A stretch of DNA of 64,000 bases, from the IMG/VR virus record IMGVR_UViG_3300038825_001395. One strand, 5' to 3'. The notes beneath the pieces are model-generated. The model worked only from the letters and a program-made list of their open reading frames with translations, was not told where the DNA came from and ran no database searches. How positions within the stretch are numbered: position 1 is the first letter of the stretch; the number at the start of each line of letters is the position of its first letter. The translations under genes were made by a program, and so were the position numbers. The DNA comes from an uncultured virus (IMG/VR IMGVR_UViG_3300038825_001395). Taxonomy: Duplodnaviria > Heunggongvirae > Uroviricota > Caudoviricetes. Of this stretch, positions 10,699 through 18,330 are shown in pieces.

Positions 10699-10786
10699 TT
10701 GTTATTCTCCTTGATTTACCCAGCCTCCGAGAAATCAGTTTTGTTTGTTTAAAAAATGTCTAATAGACATTAATAAGTATCTATAT

Positions 10787-10820
10787 AAAATAAAAAGGGG
10801 AAACCTAAGTTTCCCCCTCT
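10787..10820 (-). terminator. Intrinsic terminator after the major capsid gene
   Basis: Minus strand GGGGAAAC-TTAG-GTTTCCCC followed by TTTTTATTTT. Confidence 0.85.
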
Positions 10821-10847
10821 TATTATTTATCAGGTTTATGATATAAT

Positions 10848-12464
10848 TTAAATTAAGTCAAGTGACTTACAATGAATTAAACCATAGAACTCTGGACGAA
10901 TCATCTTCTTAGCGTAACGAGTCATCACACCTTTTCTTGGAGTAAAATCTTGAGGATCGTAAACCAATGGAGTTGTAATTAACGGAACGTATGGTGAATA
11001 TACAGCACCAGTTTCTAGGAAGTTACTTCCTCTAAATCCAACCAAGATTGAATTTTCAGTCATGTAAGGATTCTTGTAGACTGTGTAACGACCAGCAGCT
11101 TGACCTATCTTAGAGATACCCATGCTGAATTGATCATTTCCACCGTCACCAGGCTGACTTACATAGCCAGGAAGTGATTCAAGGATAGTAGCAACTTTTG
11201 GAGCAACAACTACAAAGTTAGCACCACCACGAAGTGTCAAACGATGAATCTCATTTGATACTTTTTGAATCTTAGCAACTAGAGTTTGATACCATTCAAA
11301 ACGTGTACCATAAAAGGTATTCGTTACAAATGAAGTAGTAGCTGAATCATAGTCTTCACCAGCTTTTGCTGACCAGTAATCTTCTGTTTGAGCATCACTA
11401 ATTAACATATCAAGGATTTCTAAATCAATTTCCATTGAGATGTAATCACTTAACATTGATGTTAATTCAGCTTCAGCATCTACAGAATGATAAGCGTTTA
11501 AGTCTTGAGCAAGCTCAGGTGACCAAACAGCTTTCAACTTACGAGTCTTAGCAACAATTGGTAATGACCTCATTTCCAAGTTAACTTCAGGTATATTTAG
11601 TTCAACACCATCATCAGCAAGACCGACTCTATCTTCAAAATCACCTCTGCTTCCAGCACTATTTTCTACGATGTAGTCAACAGTTAATGAACCAGATGAA
11701 TTATTTAGAAGAACATCTGCAATTACTTCAATATTAGCACCATTTTCTTTGGTGTATTGAGGTAATACAGAACCAGAAGTGTTGTTTAGTGTGACATCAA
11801 ATGCCCTAAGAGCTTTCAAATCAGGATTTGTAAGTGAGGACTTAGCAAAAGTAATTTTCATAAGACTATTGGATATTGAAGCAGAATCTTCACTATTAAA
11901 GTCAATGTCTTTAAAACTAGCAGCACTTGGAGTGCCAACTACAGAAACAGAAGCTTCTGAACTTAAGTTAGTTGAATACCCATACTTACCAGCTCCGTAA
12001 AGACCATCTGAATCTGTTCCAAAAGGAGCAACTGAACCGGATGGTGAGTTAGGACCTGTTTTTCCGTGAATTGAACCACCGGAAGTGAATTTACCTTCTG
12101 TTTTTCCATACTTGAAATCAAGATAGAAAACTAGTCCAGATGGTAAGTTCATTGGTTGAACAGAAACAAGTTCCTGTGCAACGATGTTTCCAAATACTCG
12201 TCTTACTAATGGTAAAGCAACTCCTGACCATTCTTCATCACCTACACCGGCTCCGGCGTTTGGTGAAGTAGTAGAATTCTCAGATATTAACTGACGTGCC
12301 TGGTTTTCTAACAATGTAGCCATACCAGAGCGTTGCCACTCATTATCCATTCCTTCTAAAAGTCCAGATTGTTCCCACTTAGTAACGAGCTTAGCGGCCT
12401 CATCTTTCTGCTTCTTAATAGGTGAAGCTGAAGATATAAGACCTTCGTTTATATAATCGCTCAT
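10848..12464 (-). CDS. gp23: Major capsid protein (T4 gp23-like)
   Basis: LPLVRRVF, VSVQPMNLPSGLVFYL, AKTRKLKAVWSPELAQDLNAYH and YSPYVPL..FTPRKGVMTRY motifs. Confidence 0.97.
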   Translation of the reverse strand: MSDYINEGLISSASPIKKQKDEAAKLVTKWEQSGLLEGMDNEWQRSGMATLLENQARQLISENSTTSPNAGAGVGDEEWSGVALPLVRRVFGNIVAQELVSVQPMNLPSGLVFYLDFKYGKTEGKFTSGGSIHGKTGPNSPSGSVAPFGTDSDGLYGAGKYGYSTNLSSEASVSVVGTPSAASFKDIDFNSEDSASISNSLMKITFAKSSLTNPDLKALRAFDVTLNNTSGSVLPQYTKENGANIEVIADVLLNNSSGSLTVDYIVENSAGSRGDFEDRVGLADDGVELNIPEVNLEMRSLPIVAKTRKLKAVWSPELAQDLNAYHSVDAEAELTSMLSDYISMEIDLEILDMLISDAQTEDYWSAKAGEDYDSATTSFVTNTFYGTRFEWYQTLVAKIQKVSNEIHRLTLRGGANFVVVAPKVATILESLPGYVSQPGDGGNDQFSMGISKIGQAAGRYTVYKNPYMTENSILVGFRGSNFLETGAVYSPYVPLITTPLVYDPQDFTPRKGVMTRYAKKMIRPEFYGLIHCKSLDLI

Positions 12465-12488
12465 TTTATTTCTCCGAATTAAAGCGGT

Positions 12489-13547
12489 TTAAGATTTAAT
12501 TATACCAGCAAGTTTTCTGAAACGGTCTGCAACTTCAACTTCTTCACTAATGATTTTAGTTTTTGGTGCAGTTCCACCAGATTTCTTACTAGCATACGAT
12601 TCCTTAACAACTTCTTTCTTCTCATTACCGTTATCTTTATAAGATTCAGCAAGAGTTGAATATACCAACTTAATTTCACGAGATGTTTGAGCTCTGTCAA
12701 ATGTCTCTACAATTTTAAGTTTTTGGTCGTTACTTAGTACAAACTCTTTAAAAAGTTTATTTGTATAAAGTAATTTTGCATTAAGGATGTTAACTTCATG
12801 AAGCTTGTCTTTTAAAAAGACTACGGCTTCCTTATACTCTTTAAGCTCGCTTTGTAGCGTATTAACTTGCTCATGAACTTGACCTTTACCTGGATCTTCT
12901 TCATCACCGGCAGATGGTTGTGCGACTTTGTTGTCACCAGCACCTATACCAGATGATTTAGATTGTTCATCAACTTCGTCTTTATCTTCATCTTCGTCTT
13001 CATGTTCAGCTTCTGTTACGACTTCTTCATCGACTACTTCTTCTTCGTTTACAGAATCATCATCAGACTCAGTTTCGTTTAACTCTTCTTCAAGCTCTTT
13101 GATTACTGCTTCTAAATCAAGCTCTTCAGACTCATCCATCTCATCTTCTTCTTCGTCTTCGTGCTCAGCTTCAGAAACAATAGGGGCATACTTCACACCA
13201 TCAATTTCAACGATTTCAGACTCATCAACTTCTTCTTCATCATCGTCTTCTCTTCTCGGTGATTTATCAGACATTTCATCAACTTCTTCATCATCGTCTT
13301 CTCGTCTTGGTGAATCATGCATACCTTCGTCAGCACTTTCTTCATCATCTTCTTCGCGTCTAGGTGAATCGTGCTCACCCTCTTCCATTTCATCATCGTC
13401 TTCGTGCTCTTCTTCAGCTAACTTAGCAGACAACATTGATTTTAGATGTGGAGTAAAGGCTTCTTCAAGAGCCATCTTAGCGTTTTGCAGAGCAGTTTCA
13501 CGAACAGCTTTAGCATCAGCGATAGCTTCTTTTAATAAATCAGACAT
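12489..13547 (-). CDS. gp22: Prohead core scaffolding protein (T4 gp22-like)
   Basis: Very acidic and coiled-coil, directly upstream of the capsid gene; ends RFRKLAGII. Confidence 0.8.
   Translation of the reverse strand: MSDLLKEAIADAKAVRETALQNAKMALEEAFTPHLKSMLSAKLAEEEHEDDDEMEEGEHDSPRREEDDEESADEGMHDSPRREDDDEEVDEMSDKSPRREDDDEEEVDESEIVEIDGVKYAPIVSEAEHEDEEEDEMDESEELDLEAVIKELEEELNETESDDDSVNEEEVVDEEVVTEAEHEDEDEDKDEVDEQSKSSGIGAGDNKVAQPSAGDEEDPGKGQVHEQVNTLQSELKEYKEAVVFLKDKLHEVNILNAKLLYTNKLFKEFVLSNDQKLKIVETFDRAQTSREIKLVYSTLAESYKDNGNEKKEVVKESYASKKSGGTAPKTKIISEEVEVADRFRKLAGIIKS
13233..13382 (-). repeat. Three tandem acidic peptide repeats (..SPRRE(E/D)DDEE) in the scaffold
   Basis: EGEHDSPRREEDDEE / EGMHDSPRREDDDEE / EMSDKSPRREDDDEE. 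Confidence 0.8.
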
Positions 13548-13675
13548 ATTATGTCTCCCATACTATTTGTATTGGAATAAAGTTATTCTGGAACTTTAAT
13601 TAGGATTAATTTTTTAGACTCTGTAAGACCACAGAGTATTGAGGTTACATATAAGTATATAGAAAAATATAAAAA

Positions 13676-13906
13676 CTAGTCATCTAACTTAAGAGATTTT
13701 ATTTTTATTGCTCTTTGTTTTCTTTTTTCTCTTTTAACAGCAGATGGTTTTTGGTAGAACTCTCTTTCTCTAAGTTCTTTTAACATATTAGAGTTTTTAA
13801 CTTTTCTTTTAAACTCTGAAAGAGCTCTATCAATAGTTTTATTTGTAGCATCTACATATAGTAATGTAGAAACTTTTCTTTTTGTTTTCTTTTGTTTATT
13901 AAACAT
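13676..13906 (-). CDS. rpsU: Ribosomal protein bS21
   Basis: IDRALSEFKRKV..MLKELREREFYQKPSAVKREKRK matches the S21 signature; start probably ATG 13906 after AAAAGG (ORF track gives 13936). Confidence 0.9.
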   Translation of the reverse strand: MFNKQKKTKRKVSTLLYVDATNKTIDRALSEFKRKVKNSNMLKELREREFYQKPSAVKREKRKQRAIKIKSLKLDD

Positions 13907-13922
13907 ATTAAAACCTTTTTTA

Positions 13923-14945
13923 TTATTCTTCATCATCTTCTTCTATTAGTTGAGCTTCAGATAAACATCCTCTAGCAACTGCTGTATGAGCATCTTCTAT
14001 ATGAATAATTTCTGAAATAGGTATTGGAAACTCATCTTGGTCAAACTGTTCATTAAACACATCCAAGAATCCTTTAACCAATGAAGTTCCACCACCGATA
14101 ACAATAGGAACAGCATTAGGAAAATTAGGAACATTTTCAACACCTTCAAACTGAACCTTTAGGTTAGTCAAAAGATAGTTAATTAGGGCACCATAATAAG
14201 AACGGATAGCGATAAGAACATTAGCCTCATCCGTTTCTTCTTCATAAATATTTTGATAAGTAGCAGAAGATAAGTCAAGTGTAGTTGATGTTTCTTTAAT
14301 ATTAGTTACCTTAGCTTTTGATACTCCTGTATCCATAGCAACATTTTCATCAACCCAATCACCACCACGGCTTACACTAAAAGATAGGGCAGTCATCCCT
14401 TGATACATAACTGCTATGTTACACATACCAGCACCCATTGAGATGGCTACACCAGTTAGTTGAGTATCAACCAACCCTTCATATCCAATCGCAACTGCCT
14501 CCTCTATCTTTTTCACATTGTATCCGTATTGTTCTATTATCGTTCTCAATACATCTTCGTGATATGATACTTCCCTTTTAACATCAATAGGTTTAGATGG
14601 AATGCAATAAACACAAGTTTCTCCATCTTTAGCATCACCCAACAACTCTCCGATTATGGCGTTTAGAACTGGTAAGGCATCTTTCTCTGTAGGATTTAAT
14701 AGACCACTTTTCATCGGTCTTTTAAGTTCGGCTGTTGAGAATATTTGAGCATAGTTGAAAGCGTGTTGTCCAACTATATGAACTTTACCTGCTTTCTCTA
14801 CGAAAGGAATCCCTTGTCGTTTTAACATTCTCTTGACTTGGTTCACCTCCCCATCAACAGTTAAGAATGCATTTCTTTGTTTTTTTACTAGCTCTTCTGT
14901 AGCAGCAATATAGAATGATGTACCACAATCTAAACCTTTTGCCAT
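13923..14945 (-). CDS. Actin-like ATPase (MreB/ParM/FtsA superfamily)
   Basis: Phosphate-1 GLDCGTS, connect-1 IEEAVAIG, phosphate-2 ISMGAGMCNI, adenosine IVIGGGTS, connect-2 AVARGCL. Confidence 0.85.
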   Translation of the reverse strand: MAKGLDCGTSFYIAATEELVKKQRNAFLTVDGEVNQVKRMLKRQGIPFVEKAGKVHIVGQHAFNYAQIFSTAELKRPMKSGLLNPTEKDALPVLNAIIGELLGDAKDGETCVYCIPSKPIDVKREVSYHEDVLRTIIEQYGYNVKKIEEAVAIGYEGLVDTQLTGVAISMGAGMCNIAVMYQGMTALSFSVSRGGDWVDENVAMDTGVSKAKVTNIKETSTTLDLSSATYQNIYEEETDEANVLIAIRSYYGALINYLLTNLKVQFEGVENVPNFPNAVPIVIGGGTSLVKGFLDVFNEQFDQDEFPIPISEIIHIEDAHTAVARGCLSEAQLIEEDDEE

Positions 14946-14947
14946 AT

Positions 14948-15262
14948 CTAACCTCTTCTAAGTTGTTTAAGTTTTTCTTTCTGTGTCACTACTTTACCTT
15001 TTATTACCTCATCTGATTTGATAGATGACTTTGTTGGTTTTTGTAGTGCTATATTTTTTCTTGTTTTAATTTCGATGTGCCCAACTTTTTTCTGTTTTGG
15101 TAGCTCGACTTCAACAGCTTTCGGTGTTGACCTATTCGTAAAAACCTCTTTTGTCTTTTTCTTTTTATCATCTCTGTAAAATAACTTTAGTAGTATTCCT
15201 ATAATAAAACCGATTTGCCATAGTGTCAATGAGACATAAATAAATGTATTATTTATCTCCAT
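14948..15262 (-). CDS. Single-pass membrane protein, candidate actin adaptor
   Basis: N-terminal TM helix FIYVSLTLWQIGFIIGILLKLFY, basic linker, C-terminal motif shared with 8052-8393. Confidence 0.65.
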   Translation of the reverse strand: MEINNTFIYVSLTLWQIGFIIGILLKLFYRDDKKKKTKEVFTNRSTPKAVEVELPKQKKVGHIEIKTRKNIALQKPTKSSIKSDEVIKGKVVTQKEKLKQLRRG

Positions 15263-16061
15263 TCTTTACAGCTTTAGTAATAGCATCTCTACGTTTCTTT
15301 AGATACCTATCACTATCATCAGTATCACCATCGTTGTCAACATCATCATCTTCTTTACCAACTGGATCTAAAGCTTCATCAATATCATAATAGCGATTTA
15401 AAATATTTCCCATATCTTCGTAAAGAGCAGAAAGTCGTTGATTAGTGGCATTTGCCTCAACAGCAGTCTTTTTAAACTGTCCTGTCAAACCTTTAAGTTC
15501 TTTCATATTTCTCTTTACACTAACATTATCAAACCAATCATCACTTTCACCAAGAATGTGATTTTGAGCAGCTTCAGCCATCTTAACAAGTTGTTTAGCA
15601 GTTTCTAAAATATTATTGTTATGATAAATTTGTTTACCAACTGTTTGGTAAGACCTAACTGCTTCTATCACTTCATATTTATTTACTCTTGGTTTTTCAT
15701 CAGCCATAATTCCTATGTCTTCAATTAAACCCATTAACTTAATATTTTTCATTTCAACTCCCTCATTCTGAGCTAACTTGTTTGTAATTTTTTCTTTAAT
15801 ATATTTGTCTGCCAAATGTTTTTCTCTACCGTATTTGGCTTGACTCCACTTTTTCTGTAGAGACATCGGTAAATCTGTTTCACTTAAACCATTGTTGATA
15901 AATGAAGCAACTCTTCTAGCATCAACACCTGGTATTTTTCTGTAACGGAACTCCTCTAACTTTTTTAACCAAGAACGAACCTCTTTTACAGTTACTCGTT
16001 TGTTGACACTTTCATCAACCCTCTTGTATTTTTTTCCGTTAAATTTAATTTCGTCTTTCAT
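15249..16061 (-). CDS. Hypothetical head-cluster protein with an acidic EF-hand-like tail
   Basis: Likely start ATG 16061 (MKDEIKF; ORF track 16097); C-terminal LDPVGKEDDDVDNDGDTDDSDRYLKKRR. Confidence 0.6.
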   Translation of the reverse strand: MKDEIKFNGKKYKRVDESVNKRVTVKEVRSWLKKLEEFRYRKIPGVDARRVASFINNGLSETDLPMSLQKKWSQAKYGREKHLADKYIKEKITNKLAQNEGVEMKNIKLMGLIEDIGIMADEKPRVNKYEVIEAVRSYQTVGKQIYHNNNILETAKQLVKMAEAAQNHILGESDDWFDNVSVKRNMKELKGLTGQFKKTAVEANATNQRLSALYEDMGNILNRYYDIDEALDPVGKEDDDVDNDGDTDDSDRYLKKRRDAITKAVKNGDK

Positions 16062-16077
16062 ACCTATAAATATTATG

Positions 16078-16308
16078 TTATTTACTTTCCCCACCATCTT
16101 TCATATGATGAGTTAAATAGTCTTTTACTGAATTCATATAATCAGCTGACTTTGTTATTTTTGCTTCTAACCACTCAGGTAAATTCATATCATCTGTAAT
16201 CATTTCAGAAACATCTTTAGCATCACTAGCACATTCCATAGCATCGTGTTTAGCCATCTTACCTTCTTTATGACTATCTTCTTTTAATAAATCTTTTAAC
16301 TTAATCAC
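16078..16308 (-). CDS. Small protein with MIKLKDLLKE leader (putative internal head protein)
   Basis: GTG start at 16308 after GAGG; LPEWLEAKITKSADYM core. Confidence 0.65.
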   Translation of the reverse strand: MIKLKDLLKEDSHKEGKMAKHDAMECASDAKDVSEMITDDMNLPEWLEAKITKSADYMNSVKDYLTHHMKDGGESK

Positions 16309-16534
16309 GGTTTTTCCTCTCAAAGTTTTTCATCTTTACCTTAAACTCTATGATGTGTTTTTTATAAAGAGAAGCAACTTCTAAAGATTCTTTCTTTAAT
16401 CCATCTTTTCCTAAATCTTTTATAAGTTGTTTAACATTTTTTTCTAACCTATCAAGGTTGTTATTTACATTATCAAAGTATCCTCTGAAATAGTTAGGTA
16501 TTCCCTCATTTAAAAAATCTTTTAACTTAATCAT
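16301..16534 (-). CDS. Small protein with MIKLKDFLNE leader (putative internal head protein)
   Basis: 77 aa; shared N-terminal peptide. Confidence 0.65.
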   Translation of the reverse strand: MIKLKDFLNEGIPNYFRGYFDNVNNNLDRLEKNVKQLIKDLGKDGLKKESLEVASLYKKHIIEFKVKMKNFERKNRD

Positions 16535-16535
16535 T

Positions 16536-16787
16536 TTAAACCTCTATGACTTTATATCGTCTGTTTGTAGAATCAGCTGTAAACAACTCATCCATTTTTG
16601 TAGTAGCATCACTTTCAACATCATACTCATAAATATTATCACTTGAATTTAACTTAGCAACCCAAGCTTTTCCACCAGTAGAACCTATACCTGTACCTTT
16701 TGCTCCGCTAGTTGATGTTTCATTCCAAACCCATTCTGGTATATTATTAGGTCTTGGAAGTAATTCCATTACCACTCGGTATGCCAT
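16536..16787 (-). CDS. Hypothetical protein
   Basis: 83 aa, tightly packed in the operon (TAATG overlap). Confidence 0.55.
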   Translation of the reverse strand: MAYRVVMELLPRPNNIPEWVWNETSTSGAKGTGIGSTGGKAWVAKLNSSDNIYEYDVESDATTKMDELFTADSTNRRYKVIEV

Positions 16788-17200
16788 TATTTTGTTACCT
16801 TCTTAACCTTTTCTATTGAACGACCAGCAAAGTAAGCAGCATATACTGTCATCAATAGGGTTTGGTATACAGGAACATAAGCTTCACCTATTGTGAACTC
16901 ACCCATGTTTCCGTCAAATACACTTAGTATCACGAATACACCTGTTAAAAATATTAATGTAATTGGTCTAATGTTTTTACTTAACCAACTACCATGTTTT
17001 AAATCAGCTTCCCAACGAGCAGATACTTGAGCTTGAGCAGCTTGTTCTGCTTGTGCTAATATACTTGTAATTCTTTCTTTAGCAGCTGCCTTCTCTTCAC
17101 CTGATGTATGTAGGTCATCTATTATATTACCTACATCTTTTATAGCGTCACCACCTAGTAATGAACCGGCGCCTTTTGCTAATGTACTTAGTAAACCCAT
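16787..17200 (-). CDS. Holin (3TM / GTA-type)
   Basis: D.LHTS.EEK, SARWEAD..SWLSKNIRP motif, two TM helices, AYFAGRSIEK end. Confidence 0.75.
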   Translation of the reverse strand: MGLLSTLAKGAGSLLGGDAIKDVGNIIDDLHTSGEEKAAAKERITSILAQAEQAAQAQVSARWEADLKHGSWLSKNIRPITLIFLTGVFVILSVFDGNMGEFTIGEAYVPVYQTLLMTVYAAYFAGRSIEKVKKVTK

Positions 17201-17211
17201 AACTTATACTC

Positions 17212-17580
17212 CTAAATCTTATCCAAATATATTGGTTCGTCACCAAATAAATAAGGTCCAGTAACAACTTGTGTTTTACCACTATGCCAATTAATCACAG
17301 CTGAAAACTTATTGACTTCACCTGCATTAACAAACCCCATAGAATCGGGTTTAGCAATTATCTTATTGTCAAATTTGACAGATTTTATTGTACCACTTAC
17401 CTTTACTTTATTATCCCAAACTCTTACTCCAACTAATTTTTGAAGATTTTTTTCTATTTTTTTATTTGCTTTGTTGATAGCATCAGCTCTAATTTTGGCA
17501 TTTTCTTTTTTTATACCATTCCACATACTACCAATTTGCTTACCTTTACCTTCAGTAATTATGTCTTTTAACTTAATCAT
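17212..17580 (-). CDS. Protein with MIKLKDIITE leader (putative internal head protein)
   Basis: Start ATG 17580; shared N-terminal peptide. Confidence 0.6.
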   Translation of the reverse strand: MIKLKDIITEGKGKQIGSMWNGIKKENAKIRADAINKANKKIEKNLQKLVGVRVWDNKVKVSGTIKSVKFDNKIIAKPDSMGFVNAGEVNKFSAVINWHSGKTQVVTGPYLFGDEPIYLDKI

Positions 17581-17896
17581 CAGCATGCTCCAATAATTTT
17601 ACGTCATCTTCAGCGTTGTTAAACCAAAAATCTATTACTTTAGCAAATGAACCGACAAATCCACCTAACATTAATAATAATATCTCTTTCCATCCACCCA
17701 TTACATCAACACCACTACTCATAAAGTAAATCATAAGTCCTAATATTGTAGCAAATAGTGAAACAACAACAATACTAATTAACCATTTTTTGTTTTGTCT
17801 AAATTTTATTATACCAATTAACTCTGTATTAATAGAATGTTTTTGGTCTTGTATATGATAATCTACTTTATCTTCTTTTTTAGCTAATTCAGCCAT
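17573..17896 (-). CDS. Two-TM membrane protein (possible holin/antiholin)
   Basis: WLISIVVVSLFATILGLMIYFM and ILLLMLGGFVGSFAKVIDFWF helices. Confidence 0.55.
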   Translation of the reverse strand: MAELAKKEDKVDYHIQDQKHSINTELIGIIKFRQNKKWLISIVVVSLFATILGLMIYFMSSGVDVMGGWKEILLLMLGGFVGSFAKVIDFWFNNAEDDVKLLEHADD

Positions 17897-17905
17897 TATG
17901 AACTC

Positions 17906-18328
17906 CTATAAACGGGTATACAATCCTGTATGTTTTGTAAATATTTTTTGTAGTTGGTCATTGTAAACACCTGTTACTTTCTTGACCACTTTTATCTTAG
18001 TTCCTCTTATTCTAATAAATTCCATATCATATAAGTCATTAGATTTTAAATCAACTCTTACATAGTTTATACTTTTAGAGTTTTTACCAATTCTAAATCC
18101 TAAACCTTGTTTACCAAATGAAAATTGTTTAGCACCGGTCATAGCAATAAACTTATTACCACCTAACTGTTTTAAGGTTATGTCTGCTTGTTGTTTAGTC
18201 ATACCCTCATCTACAGATTTATCTTTTTTCTTTTTCTTTAATAGGTGTGGTCCTGCTGGTTCATCACCAAGCTCACCATCTAAGCCATATCCACAAGTTC
18301 CTTCTAGTATATCTTTTAATTTAATCAT
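17906..18328 (-). CDS. Protein with MIKLKDILE leader
   Basis: Leader, then VDE|G linker, then LKQLGGNKFIAMTGAK..VYNDQLQKIFTKHTGL domain. Confidence 0.65.
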   Translation of the reverse strand: MIKLKDILEGTCGYGLDGELGDEPAGPHLLKKKKKDKSVDEGMTKQQADITLKQLGGNKFIAMTGAKQFSFGKQGLGFRIGKNSKSINYVRVDLKSNDLYDMEFIRIRGTKIKVVKKVTGVYNDQLQKIFTKHTGLYTRL

Positions 18329-18330
18329 CT

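Noticed and set aside
12928..13599. 223 aa poly-Ser plus-strand ORF
   Set aside because: Antisense shadow of the Glu/Asp-rich scaffold gene (GAA/GAT read as TCx)
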